From the NCBI GenBank assembly GCA_965238005.1, contig OZ250165.1:672001-736000 (forward strand): 64,000 nt of DNA. Direction: 5' to 3'. Below the pieces are notes generated by a model. That model was given only the letters and a program-made list of their open reading frames with translations, was not told where the DNA came from and made no database searches. The translations under genes were made by a program, and so were the position numbers. Below, piece by piece: positions 20,800 to 30,574 of the stretch (within the stretch, counting starts at the first letter, position 1; each line of letters opens with the position of its first letter). Source of the DNA: Longimicrobiales bacterium (GTDB lineage: Bacteria; Gemmatimonadota; Gemmatimonadetes; Longimicrobiales; Gaopeijiaceae).

Positions 20800-21492
20800 C
20801 CGCGCACCCCGCTCATCTCCTTTGCTCGCCTGGGGAAGTCATTCGTGTCGTTCAATGGTTTCATCTCATCGTCGATCCGGTTCAGCGGCAGGATTCGTAT
20901 CGCCCATCCCACGAGATGCAGCAAGTGGCCGGTAGAGCCCGGTGGACTCCCACATTGACGAGCCCGTTAATGGTTGGCAAGCGCTACGCGCAGGGCCGTC
21001 GATCACGGCCACTATCCCACGACAACGACCATGGCCACCGCCTCGTGCCGCATCCGACGGCTTCCGCCGTCCTCGCCGCGATGGACGTGTCGGCATGAGG
21101 AAAAGGGGGGCGAGCCCCACCCGCGAACTCCGGCTCTGTGGCGGATACAGTGCAGCGCACACAGGGATAATAAGCGATGCTGCGTATCTGGGCGCTCGCT
21201 AGCGACCCTGCGTCCAGATCCCCGGCGTGGTGTCGAGCTGAGTGCTCTCCCGCGTTCGAGCGCCACGTCCCCGCGTGAGCGGGTCCCCGGTCGAGGGTCC
21301 CGGCCCGCTGGCGCGCCGTCGGCGCAACGGCCCGTGGTCCGTGGCAGCCGCCCATCCGTCGTCCGTGGGTTTCTGTCCTAAACCCAACGGGTAACACGAT
21401 TTACGATCTTCGCACACACCCAGTGATACACGTCTCCCGCAAGGTACTGCCAAGTCGTTGTCCCATCGGGACTTGGGCAGACTGATCCCGGC

Positions 21493-21945
21493 TTCCCGCT
21501 CAAGCTGCCGGTCGCGCTCGAGGCCGAGCGCGCCCTCTTCGTCTACGTCGAGCCCGGACACGACACCTCGACGGCGCTACGCTCGTGGGGCGAAGCGCAC
21601 CTGGGCCTCTGGCAGGCGCTCAGCGAGCGCGGCCGGTCCGTCGAGGTCGTGGCCGTCGTCCGCACTCTCGAGGAGTTCGCTCGGGCCCGGGCGATACTCG
21701 GCGGCTGGGCAGAAGCCTCCGGCCCGGCCGAACCGGACGCCGGGATCCGTGAAGAGATCGACCGTATCGAGCGTGCGATCCTGCAAGGCGCGATCCAGAT
21801 CCTCGACGAGTTCGGCGGCCTTCAGGCCGCGTTGAAACGCAGCGTCGCGCTGACGAAGCAGGCACGTCGGCAGCGCGGCCGAGGGCCGATCCACACCGGC
21901 CGCACCTGGCAAACGGTGCGCCTCTCAGGGGCGCACTTCCGATGA
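21493..21945 (+). pseudogene. 3' fragment of the rep-like wHTH protein (homologue of 61134-62078)
   Basis: FPLKLPVALEAERALFVYVEPG...ILDEFGGLQAALKRSVAL; 5' part replaced by a junction sequence. Confidence 0.8.
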
Positions 21946-22117
21946 CCGGCCTGCGTGTCATGCCACCACTAGGGCGTGAAAACGACGCGCGGGGTCGATT
22001 CACGACTCGGCCCGGCCCGGATTCACACGCGGCCCACCGCATATGCGCCGACGCCACTGCGTCTTACGCCCCAGCGGCCCGGCCGGACGTGGCCAGACGG
22101 GCCGATGAGGCGGATAT

Positions 22118-22203
22118 GGGAGCGACCCCGCCCGCGGACGCCCTAGTGATGGCGTGGGGGCGTGCGTGTTTTCACACGCGCTGCCCCCGGCGGGGTCGCT
22201 CCC
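22118..22203. repeat. 15-bp inverted repeat hairpin (candidate oriT/ori)
   Basis: GGGAGCGACCCCGCC...GGCGGGGTCGCTCCC with internal GTGTTTTCACAC. Confidence 0.7.
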
Positions 22204-22237
22204 GGTCATCGATCCCTCCGGGAAGGGTGTCGGACCG

Positions 22238-24277
22238 ATGAGGCCCTGGACGCTGGTCATCATCGGGGTGGCCCTGACGGCGGCCACGGTCCGCGCGTTC
22301 CTGGCGCCGTTTCCGGGCATCGGCGGGAACCCCGTGCTGGACCTGATCGCCTACCACGATCCGGGCCTACACACGGTGATCCACGTCTGGTACTACGCGG
22401 CGCCAGCCGTCGCCTTGCTGCTCGCCGGCAGCGTCTGCCTCTCGGTCTCGAGGGTCTGGCTCGAGCCGCGTACCCGGCGCGGCGCTCGCGGGAAGCTCCC
22501 CGCCTGGCCCACCTCGGCCACGGACGAGGCGCCCTCGCTCGTGATCGGCGAACTGCACCATCCGACCGTGCCGCGCGAGAGCGAGCGGCCGTCGTGGCTC
22601 GTCATCCCGGAGAAGGGGCTCTACACCGGCATCCTCATCGTGGGTGCCGTCGGCACCGGCAAGACGACCGCCTGCATGTATCCGTTCGCCCAGCAACTGC
22701 TCTCCCGGCGGGCCGACGAGCCGACCCGCCGCGCGGGCGCGCTCGTGCTCGAAGTCAAGGGGGATTTCTGCCACCAGGTCCGCGGCATCCTCGAAGACGC
22801 CGGGCGCGGGGACGACTACCTCGAGATCGGGCTCGACGGCTCCTGGCAGTGGAACCCGCTCGACGATCCGCTGCTCGATTCCTACTCGCTGGCCTACGGC
22901 GTCGCCTCGCTCATCAACCAGCTCTTCGGCAAGAGTAGAGAACCGTTCTGGCAGCAGGCGTACACGAATCTCGTGCGGTGGATCGTGGAGCTGCACCGGC
23001 TCCTGCCGGGGGGCTGGGTCACGCTCCGGGACATCTACCGCTGCACCGTGGACGCGGAGTTGTTCGCGGGGAAGATCGGCGAGGCCCGCGAGATGGCCGA
23101 CCGGATCTCTCCGGTGGACGCCGTCATCTCCAGCGACGACATGATCGCCCATGCGCAGGCGCTCAAGAAGTGGGACTGGGCGCCGGTGCCCGGCACTGAA
23201 CAGGTGCGCTGCCGGATGGACGCGGAGCTTCGGGCGCAGCTCGCGAAGCACGAAGTCGCATGCGAGGTGGAAGCGGCCGGGGGAGGCGCGGGCGGCGAGT
23301 TCAGGCAGCAGGTCGAGGCCATCGAGCGGTGGTACGTGCACGACTGGACGGTGCTCGACGCCAAGCTCCGCACCTCGATCGTCGAGGGCATCAGCGTCTT
23401 CCTGTCGCTCTTCGACCAGCCCGAGGTCGCCGGCGTGTTCTGTCCGCCGCCGCCGCCCCGAGAGGAGCCTCCCGATGAACCCACGCCGGACGAGAACGAC
23501 GACACCGAAGGCGCTGGCTATCCCATGCCGGGGCTCCGGCGGAGGCTGCCGCCGCTCTCCGATCTGATCGAAGACGGACGGGTCCTCGCGCTCAACATGC
23601 CCGCCGGAGCGAACCCCGCGCTCGCCCGCGCCATCGGCGTGCTGCTCAAGAACGCTTGGATGCAGGCGCTGCTCCGGCGGCCCGCCGAGGCCGCGCGCCG
23701 GCCCGACCGCTACATGCGACCCGCCGTGTTCATCTGCGACGAATACCAGGCGTTCGCCACCGTCGGGCAGGACGACCCTTCGGGCGACGAGAAGGCGTTC
23801 GCGCTCACGCGCCAGTGCCGCTGCATACCCATCGTCGCCACGCAGTCGATCTCCTCGCTCCGCTCCGTGCTGCCCTCGGGCGAGGCGTGGCGCACGCTCG
23901 TCCAGACGCTCCGCACCCGGATCTTCCTGTCGCTTTCCGACGAGGCGTCGGCGCGGGTCGCGTCCGAGATGTGCGGCAGCGTCATGAAGACGCAGGCCTC
24001 CCACACGTTCACCGAGAACACGGGCCGGCCCGAGTTCTCGCTCCTCTCCGGACGCGCCGGAGGCGGACGCGGCACCATCGGCACGAGCAAGTCGTTCCGA
24101 CAGGCCCGCGAGCCGGTGTTCACGCCGCGCGAGTTCTCGCTGCTCGCGAACTACCAGGCGATCTGCCTGCCGTATGACGGGGTCGTGTCGCTCCCCGCAC
24201 GGCGCGTCTACCTCAAGCCCCACTACCTGCCGCGCGAGACGGGCTACTGGCGGCTTCGTGAGGAGGGACGGATATGA
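22238..24277 (+). CDS. VirD4/TraD-like type IV coupling protein
   Basis: N-terminal hydrophobic segments, Walker A GAVGTGKT, LEVKGD, Walker B ICDEYQ, IVATQS. Confidence 0.88.
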   Translation: MRPWTLVIIGVALTAATVRAFLAPFPGIGGNPVLDLIAYHDPGLHTVIHVWYYAAPAVALLLAGSVCLSVSRVWLEPRTRRGARGKLPAWPTSATDEAPSLVIGELHHPTVPRESERPSWLVIPEKGLYTGILIVGAVGTGKTTACMYPFAQQLLSRRADEPTRRAGALVLEVKGDFCHQVRGILEDAGRGDDYLEIGLDGSWQWNPLDDPLLDSYSLAYGVASLINQLFGKSREPFWQQAYTNLVRWIVELHRLLPGGWVTLRDIYRCTVDAELFAGKIGEAREMADRISPVDAVISSDDMIAHAQALKKWDWAPVPGTEQVRCRMDAELRAQLAKHEVACEVEAAGGGAGGEFRQQVEAIERWYVHDWTVLDAKLRTSIVEGISVFLSLFDQPEVAGVFCPPPPPREEPPDEPTPDENDDTEGAGYPMPGLRRRLPPLSDLIEDGRVLALNMPAGANPALARAIGVLLKNAWMQALLRRPAEAARRPDRYMRPAVFICDEYQAFATVGQDDPSGDEKAFALTRQCRCIPIVATQSISSLRSVLPSGEAWRTLVQTLRTRIFLSLSDEASARVASEMCGSVMKTQASHTFTENTGRPEFSLLSGRAGGGRGTIGTSKSFRQAREPVFTPREFSLLANYQAICLPYDGVVSLPARRVYLKPHYLPRETGYWRLREEGRI

Positions 24278-25284
24278 AGCGCGCGAGCGGTGTCGGCCAC
24301 CTCACTCCGTTCCTTCCGGGGCTGGGGCCGCTGCTCGAGGACCCCGAGGTCTCCGAGATCATGATCAACGGACCCGGCAACGTCTGGGTCGAGCGGGCGG
24401 GCCGGCTCGAGCCCTACGACGCGCCCGGACTCACCGCCGCTTGGCTCCACCGCGCCGCGATCCACATCGCCCGGCCGCTCGGGCTCGATCCCGCCGCGAG
24501 GCCGATCCTCGACGCCCGGCTCGGCGACGGATCCCGGGTCGCCATCTGCACCCCGCCCGCGGCACCCGAGGTCGCCATCACCATCCGACGGTTCGGGGGC
24601 CGGGCGTTCTCGCCCGACGATCTCGTGCGCCTGGGTTCGCTGCCGGAGGCGGTCTTGCGCGAAGCCAAGAGGGTGCTCCGCGCCCGCAGGAACATCCTCG
24701 TCTCCGGGGGCACCGGCTCGGGGAAGACCACGCTCTTGAACGCGCTGATCGAACTGCTGCCCGAGGACGAGCGGATCGTCGCGATTGAGGACACGCTCGA
24801 GCTCAGGATCGACCGCGCGAACTGCGTCCGCTTCGAGGCCGGGGCCATCGGCTCGGAAGCACCCGTATCGATCCGCGACCTGGTGCGCCACGCGCTCCGC
24901 CACCGGCCCGACCACATCGTCGTCGGCGAGGTCAGGGGCGCCGAGGCCGCCGATCTGCTCCAGGCGCTCAACACCGGGCACGGCGGTTCGCTCACGACCG
25001 TGCACGCGAACAACGCCCGCTCCGCGCTCTCGCGCCTGGCGAGCTGCGCCATGCAGGCCGAGGGCGCGCTCCCCTGGGACGTCACCTGCCGGGGGGTCGT
25101 GGACGGGATCGCGCTCGTGCTCCACATCACCCGGCAACGAGGCAGGCGGTTCGTCGAGGAAGCCATCCAGGTCCAGGGCTACGACGCGGCCACCGGCCGC
25201 TGGGTCACCGAACCGATATCGGGCGGGGCGGCGAAGCCCCGGCAAGAAGAACAGACCTACACACCGAAGGAGGTGAGCGCATGA
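24274..25284 (+). CDS. VirB11/TrbB/CpaF-family secretion ATPase
   Basis: EIMING, SGGTGSGKTT, IEDTLEL, RPDHIVVGEVRG, NTGHGGSLTTVHA. Confidence 0.92.
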   Translation: MKRASGVGHLTPFLPGLGPLLEDPEVSEIMINGPGNVWVERAGRLEPYDAPGLTAAWLHRAAIHIARPLGLDPAARPILDARLGDGSRVAICTPPAAPEVAITIRRFGGRAFSPDDLVRLGSLPEAVLREAKRVLRARRNILVSGGTGSGKTTLLNALIELLPEDERIVAIEDTLELRIDRANCVRFEAGAIGSEAPVSIRDLVRHALRHRPDHIVVGEVRGAEAADLLQALNTGHGGSLTTVHANNARSALSRLASCAMQAEGALPWDVTCRGVVDGIALVLHITRQRGRRFVEEAIQVQGYDAATGRWVTEPISGGAAKPRQEEQTYTPKEVSA

Positions 25285-25478
25285 CGGGCAACGACAGCAC
25301 CATCCGCGTCGAGACGTTCGAGGACTTCGACCGCGAGCTCGCGCGCGACGGAGGCGAGACCCTCGAGGTCCCGGCCTACCTGGCCGAGCAGTACGGCCTC
25401 TTCCCCGAGGAGGTCGGGAGCGAGGAAGACATCTTGGGCGCCGGCGCCGATCCGCACGGGGAGGAGGTGGACCGATGA
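25281..25478 (+). CDS. Small highly acidic protein (65 aa, 19 D/E)
   Basis: AGGAGG RBS; overlapping start/stop codons on both sides; conserved at 39578-39778. Confidence 0.8.
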   Translation: MTGNDSTIRVETFEDFDRELARDGGETLEVPAYLAEQYGLFPEEVGSEEDILGAGADPHGEEVDR

Positions 25479-26503
25479 AGCACGACGAATACCACCGCAA
25501 GTTCGCCGACCGGGTCATCGAGCAGATCCGGCAGGGCACCGCCCCCTGGCAGAAGCCGTGGGCGCCGGGCGAGCGCGTGCTCCCCGCGAACGTGGACACC
25601 GACCGCTCCTATCGCGGCGGCAACAGCCTGCACCTCGCCGCCGTCCAGCAGGAGCGCGGCTACGGCGATGTGCGCTGGGGCACCTACCGCCAGATCCAGG
25701 CCCGCGGCGGGCAGGTCAGGAAGGGCGAGACCGGCACCCGCATCCTCTCCTTCCAGGATCACAAGCGGACCCAAGTCACCGACGAGCGCGGACGGCCCAG
25801 GAGGGACGCCGAGGGCAATCGCGTCTACCGCCACGAGCGACTCAAGGCGCCCTTCGTCCGCCAGTACACCGTGTTCAACGCCGAGCAGGCCGACGGGCTG
25901 CCCGCAAGGTCCACCCCGACGCCTGAGCCGCTCTGGAAGACCCACCAGGAGGCCGAACGGGTGCTCGAAGACGGCGGGGTTCCCGTCCGTCACGTCGCGG
26001 GCGACCGCGCCTTCTACAACCTGAACCGCGACGAGATCATCCTCCCCGAACGGGTGCAGTTCCCCTCGGCCAACCACTACTACCAGACGGCGCTCCACGA
26101 GCTGGGGCACAGCACCGGCCACCCCGAGCGGATGAACCGCGAGACGCTCGTCGAGGGGATCAAGAGCGGGTGCGGATCGCCCGACTACGCGAAGGAGGAA
26201 TTGAGGGCCGAGATCAGCGCCATGATGACGGGCGAGCGCGTGGGCGTCGGCCACGACCCGGCGCGGGGCGCCGCGTACGTCGAGGGCTGGATCGCCGCGC
26301 TCGCGGAGGATCCGCGCGAGATCCGGCGCGCCGCCGCCGACGCGCAGAGGATCTCGGACTTCGTGCTCGTTCGGCACATCGAGCGCGAGGCCGCGAGGGA
26401 ACCCACGGCCGTGGCCGCGGCCCGCGCGCCCGGACCTCAGCGGACCCAAGTTCCCGTGCCGCCGCTCCCGGTCCCCGAGCGCAGCTCCGGGCCGAGCCGC
26501 TGA
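25475..26503 (+). CDS. ardC: ArdC-like ssDNA-binding antirestriction protein with zincin domain
   Basis: PWQKPW, YRGGN, WGTYRQ, VFNAEQ, HELGHSTGH, EELRAE. Confidence 0.9.
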   Translation: MKHDEYHRKFADRVIEQIRQGTAPWQKPWAPGERVLPANVDTDRSYRGGNSLHLAAVQQERGYGDVRWGTYRQIQARGGQVRKGETGTRILSFQDHKRTQVTDERGRPRRDAEGNRVYRHERLKAPFVRQYTVFNAEQADGLPARSTPTPEPLWKTHQEAERVLEDGGVPVRHVAGDRAFYNLNRDEIILPERVQFPSANHYYQTALHELGHSTGHPERMNRETLVEGIKSGCGSPDYAKEELRAEISAMMTGERVGVGHDPARGAAYVEGWIAALAEDPREIRRAAADAQRISDFVLVRHIEREAAREPTAVAAARAPGPQRTQVPVPPLPVPERSSGPSR

Positions 26504-26510
26504 GCAACCG

Positions 26511-27410
26511 ATGAGAGGCAGGGAGATGTTCGACCGCACGGTCGAGGAGGACCCCCGTTCCGCCGCGCCACCCAGCCGCGAGAAGCAACGCATGCGGAAC
26601 GGCCATCGTCGAGAATACGCCGCGAGCCGGGACGGCGGGTCCATCTCCTTCCCCGAACGGTGCGCCCGTGGACTTGCCGATATCGGCGTCTACGGAGCCG
26701 TCTCCTACCGCGACCTCGCCGAGGCCCGCTTCGGGGGACACCCCCACACCACCAAGCGGGCCGTGAACGCCTGGATCCGAGAGGGTCTCGTCACCGAGAC
26801 CCGGGCCACCGGACCCAAGGGCAATCCGTTCAAGGTCCTCTCCCTCACCCGCCAGGGCGTGGCCAAGGCCCGGAAACTCGCCGCCGAACGCGAGATGGAT
26901 CCCGCACAGCAGATCCGGATCGCACGCTCCAGGTCCGCCGAGGCCGCGCACGACACCGCCGTCTACCGCGCCTGCTGGAAGGAACGGCAGCGCCTCGTGG
27001 AACAGGGCGCCACCGTCAAGCGCGTCCGGCTCGACACCGAACTCAAGAGCGCCGTCGCGCGCGCGAGCGAGGCCGCCCGGCTCAAGAACGGCAAGCGGGC
27101 CGCCGATGCCGAACGGCACAGAATCGCCCAAGAGCTCGGCCTCCCCGTCGACGACGAGGGCCGCGTGCTCCACCCGGATGCGCAGATCGAGTACACGGAC
27201 GCCGAAGGCCGGACCGGCCGCGTCAACATCGAGGCCGTCTCCGGCAACTATCGCGAAGGGGCCGTCCGGGCCAAGGCCGCCGCCGGGTTCGCGCTCCACG
27301 CCAACGGGCCGGCCGCCGGGAAACTCCTCGGCAAGCTCGGCCTGGGCGGCGATGGCGGCTCCTGGCTGCGCGGGCCCGCCGACCGCGACCCGGCCGCCGT
27401 CGAACTCTGA
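26511..27410 (+). CDS. wHTH plus PD-(D/E)xK-like protein, candidate replication-relaxation/MOBC-type relaxase
   Basis: Winged-helix segment (AWIREGLV...LSLTRQG), AHD, then PDAQIEY...NIE; conserved in 3 copies; function inferred. Confidence 0.6.
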   Translation: MRGREMFDRTVEEDPRSAAPPSREKQRMRNGHRREYAASRDGGSISFPERCARGLADIGVYGAVSYRDLAEARFGGHPHTTKRAVNAWIREGLVTETRATGPKGNPFKVLSLTRQGVAKARKLAAEREMDPAQQIRIARSRSAEAAHDTAVYRACWKERQRLVEQGATVKRVRLDTELKSAVARASEAARLKNGKRAADAERHRIAQELGLPVDDEGRVLHPDAQIEYTDAEGRTGRVNIEAVSGNYREGAVRAKAAAGFALHANGPAAGKLLGKLGLGGDGGSWLRGPADRDPAAVEL

Positions 27411-27431
27411 CGACCCGGAGGACTTCAGCCC

Positions 27432-27746
27432 ATGCAACCCTGGAAGATCAGCGCGGGACTCACCGCCGCAATCGCCGGTTCGGCCATGATCCTCGTCGGG
27501 CCGCGCCTCGAATACCTGGCACCGTTCTGGCCGGTCATCCTCGCCGAACACGGCCTCCTGCTCTCCCTTCACCTCGCGTTCGCGCTCGCAACCGTCGCGG
27601 CCGCCATCTACGCCGTCGCGCGCGCCACCGGGCTCGCCGACCTCGGACGCCGCGTCGATCTCGCCGAACGGTCCGTCCGGCGCGGCGCGGGGGATACGGG
27701 CCTCACCGAAGCGCTCCGCAGGGACGCCGAAGGCGACTGGGACTGA
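27432..27746 (+). CDS. Small membrane protein
   Basis: Two hydrophobic segments; conserved in 3 copies. Confidence 0.8.
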   Translation: MQPWKISAGLTAAIAGSAMILVGPRLEYLAPFWPVILAEHGLLLSLHLAFALATVAAAIYAVARATGLADLGRRVDLAERSVRRGAGDTGLTEALRRDAEGDWD

Positions 27747-27752
27747 ACGCGC

Positions 27753-28142
27753 ATGGGAGAGCGAACATCCGTCGAGACACTGCCCGCCAACTGGCGGAGG
27801 CACGCCAAGGCGCTCCGGCGCTACGGGGGCGAGACTCCGGCCACCACGCTCGAAAGCTGCGCCGCCGAACTCGAAGCCACGCTCGTCGAAAGGGACGAGA
27901 CCACCTTCTCGCTGGTCGAAGCCGCCCACGAGAGCGGCTACTCCGCCGACCATCTCGGGCGCCTGGTCCGCGACGGCAGGATCCCCAACGCCGGAAGGCC
28001 CGGCGCGCCCAGGATCGCCCGCACGCACCTGCCCCGGAAGGCCCATGCGCCGGCCGAGCCGCGACTGGCGGAGCAGCCCCGCCGACGCGACGTTTCAAAC
28101 GTGCAGATCGTGCAGTCCATCATCGAAAAAGGAATCGAATGA
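27753..28142 (+). CDS. HTH excisionase-like protein
   Basis: FSLVEAAHESGYSADHLGRLVRDGRIP; overlaps the integrase start. Confidence 0.75.
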   Translation: MGERTSVETLPANWRRHAKALRRYGGETPATTLESCAAELEATLVERDETTFSLVEAAHESGYSADHLGRLVRDGRIPNAGRPGAPRIARTHLPRKAHAPAEPRLAEQPRRRDVSNVQIVQSIIEKGIE

Positions 28143-29302
28143 TGGCACGCACGAAACGAGTCCGGCGCGGCTACAGCGCCGGCGAATGGGGCCGGAACCG
28201 GGTGAGGGTCTTTCCCGATCCCAAGACCGGCTTGTTCCAGATCGAGTGGCGCGAGGGTGGGCGCAGGCTCAGCCGGTCGCTGAAGCACCGCGACTGGAGG
28301 TCGGCGAAGACGCAGGCGGACGAGTTCGCCGCAGGGTTCGCCGGGCCGGAGCTGAACGGCAAGAAGAACGCCGAGCCCGAGCCGCTCACGCTGGGAACGC
28401 TTTTTGACATCTACGGTGAAGAGGTGACGCCCACCAAGGGCCTGAGTTCGCGGCAGCACGATCGCGCTGCGGCGAAGATGTTCCTCGGGTTCCTGGGCAG
28501 GAGCCGCGACCCGGCGACCTTGTCGCAGCGCGACTGGGACCGGTTCATCCGGGCGCGCAGGGCGGGAAGCGTAGGCTCCAGCGGGAGGCCCGTGTCGGAT
28601 CGGATGGTCGAATACGACCTGAGATTTCTGATCTCGGTCCTCAACTGGGCCTCGAGGTCGAGGGACGAGCGGGGCCGCCTGCTCCTCGAGTCGAACCCGC
28701 TGAGGGGCCTGAAGATGCCCATGGAGAAGAACCCCACCCGGGTCGTTCTTTCCGAACACGAGTATCAAGCGCTTCTGAAGGTGTCCCACGAGGTGGATTG
28801 GCGGTTCCATCTCGCGCTCGTGCTCGCGCACGAGACCGGACACCGCATCGGAGCCATCCGCAAGCTCCGGTGGTCCGACATCGACTTGGCACACGAAACC
28901 ATCCGGTGGCGTAGCGAGCACGAGAAGACCGGATACGAGCACCGGACCCCGGTGACCGCTGAAGCAATCGCAGCCTTGGAGCCGGCGCGGGGGCGGAACC
29001 CCGTGACCGGCAGCGCTCCGGTGCTGCCCTCGTCGAGGGACCCCTCGGTGAGTGTCGGCTCCTGGATCTCCCGCGGTTGGTGGAAAAGGGCCGAAGGGCT
29101 CGCAGGTCTGGAGCCGAAACGCGGTCGTGGCTGGCACTCGCTGAGGCGGAAGTTCGCGTCCGATCTCATGGACCAGCCCCTCAAGGTGCTCTGCGAACTC
29201 GGCGGCTGGAAGACGGCCAAGACCGTCCTCCAGTGTTATCAGCGGGCGGACGAGGGACAACTCAGGCAGGCGCTCGCAAACCGCCGGAGAGTTCGGACCT
29301 GA
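28139..29302 (+). CDS. Tyrosine integrase (copy C), 387 aa
   Basis: Same R, K, HxxR, W and Y motifs as 7697-8860. Confidence 0.93.
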   Translation: MMARTKRVRRGYSAGEWGRNRVRVFPDPKTGLFQIEWREGGRRLSRSLKHRDWRSAKTQADEFAAGFAGPELNGKKNAEPEPLTLGTLFDIYGEEVTPTKGLSSRQHDRAAAKMFLGFLGRSRDPATLSQRDWDRFIRARRAGSVGSSGRPVSDRMVEYDLRFLISVLNWASRSRDERGRLLLESNPLRGLKMPMEKNPTRVVLSEHEYQALLKVSHEVDWRFHLALVLAHETGHRIGAIRKLRWSDIDLAHETIRWRSEHEKTGYEHRTPVTAEAIAALEPARGRNPVTGSAPVLPSSRDPSVSVGSWISRGWWKRAEGLAGLEPKRGRGWHSLRRKFASDLMDQPLKVLCELGGWKTAKTVLQCYQRADEGQLRQALANRRRVRT

Positions 29303-29394
29303 CCCCATTCGGCGGGAACCGTTTGGCGGGAATCCGACCGGACAGCCTCCTAAGTTCAATGATCACAAACAGATCCGAATCCGAACGCGGATGC

Positions 29395-30162
29395 TGGATC
29401 ATCGAACTGTACCGGCTCTTGCCGGGGGGCTGGGTCACCCTCCAAGACATCTACCGCTGCACGGTGGATGCGGAACTGTTCGGCCGGAAGATCGGCGAGG
29501 CCCGCGAGCTGGCCGACCGGCTCTGCCCGGTGCGGGCCGTCATCGCGACCAGGGATCTCGCCGCTCACAAGGAACCCCTCGGGGAATGGGGCTGGGAGCC
29601 GGTGCCCGGCTCGGACAAGGCGGCTTGCCAGCTCGACCCCGCACTCCGGGACCGGCTCAAGGAACTCAAGGTCGCATACGAGACGGAGGAGAGCGGGGGC
29701 GGAGCGGGCAGTGAGTTCGGCGCGCAGGTCGAGGCCATCGAGCGGTGGTATCTGCATGACTGGATGGCGCTCGACGCCAAGCTCCGCACCTCCATCGTCG
29801 AGGGCATCAGCGTGTTCCTCTCGCTCTTCGACCAGCCGCAGGTCGCCGGCGTGTTCTGCCCGCCGCCACCGGACCCGGATGAATCCATACATATGTATGG
29901 TGCTGCGCCGGACGAGGACGCCGAGGCCGTCCGGCCCATGCCGGGCCTCCGCCGCCGGCTGCCGCCGCTCGCCGAGTTGATCGAGGGCGGCAAGGTCCTC
30001 GCGCTCAACATGCCCGCGGGCGCGAACCCGGCGCTCGGACGCGCGATCGGCGTGCTGCTCAAGAACGCCTGGATGCAGGCGCTGCTGCGGCGGCCCGCCG
30101 AGGCCGCCCGCCGGCCCGGCCGCTACCTCCGGCCCGCCGTGTTCATCTGCGACGAGTACCAG
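29395..30162 (+). pseudogene. VirD4-like middle fragment (WIIELY...ICDEYQ)
   Basis: Collinear with about 22978-23749. Confidence 0.9.
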
Positions 30163-30574
30163 TCCGATAATATATATGTCATAACTCTATATGCCATAAC
30201 CCGTTATGATGTCGCTTGCTCTCCCGCGATCACCCCTGCAATCACCCTTTGCGCGGCGGGTAGCGGAATCCCATGGAGCAGTTCCGTTCGCCGTTCTCCG
30301 TTCGGCCGTCCCGTGGGACCCGGCCTCGTCCCATAGCGACTCCCGGCAACTCAAGTTCGACGGCGGCTGACTTTTTATTCGTCACCGAACACCCCCCCAC
30401 CCCACCCCGACAAGGGGTGGGGTGGGCAGACGCGATTGGGTGCGCCCCTGGAGGGAGCGCGCCCTGATCCGCGCTGCCCCCTCCTTACAAGCAGGACCGC
30501 AGCGAACCGGCCGGGGAAGCCTCGCGGAGCGCTAGGAGTGCCCCGGGTCAGTCATGAACGCGCCGTCTCACCGT

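Larger units (their letters stand above)
21493..29394 (+). mobile_element. Integrative element copy C (most complete; left end lost)
   Basis: Intact operon from virD4 to integrase; right end 35 bp after TAAGTTCAA. Confidence 0.9.

Noticed and set aside
24274..25284. Tad pilus locus or complete T4SS
   Set aside because: No pilin, TadB/C, secretin or VirB4 recognised anywhere in the window
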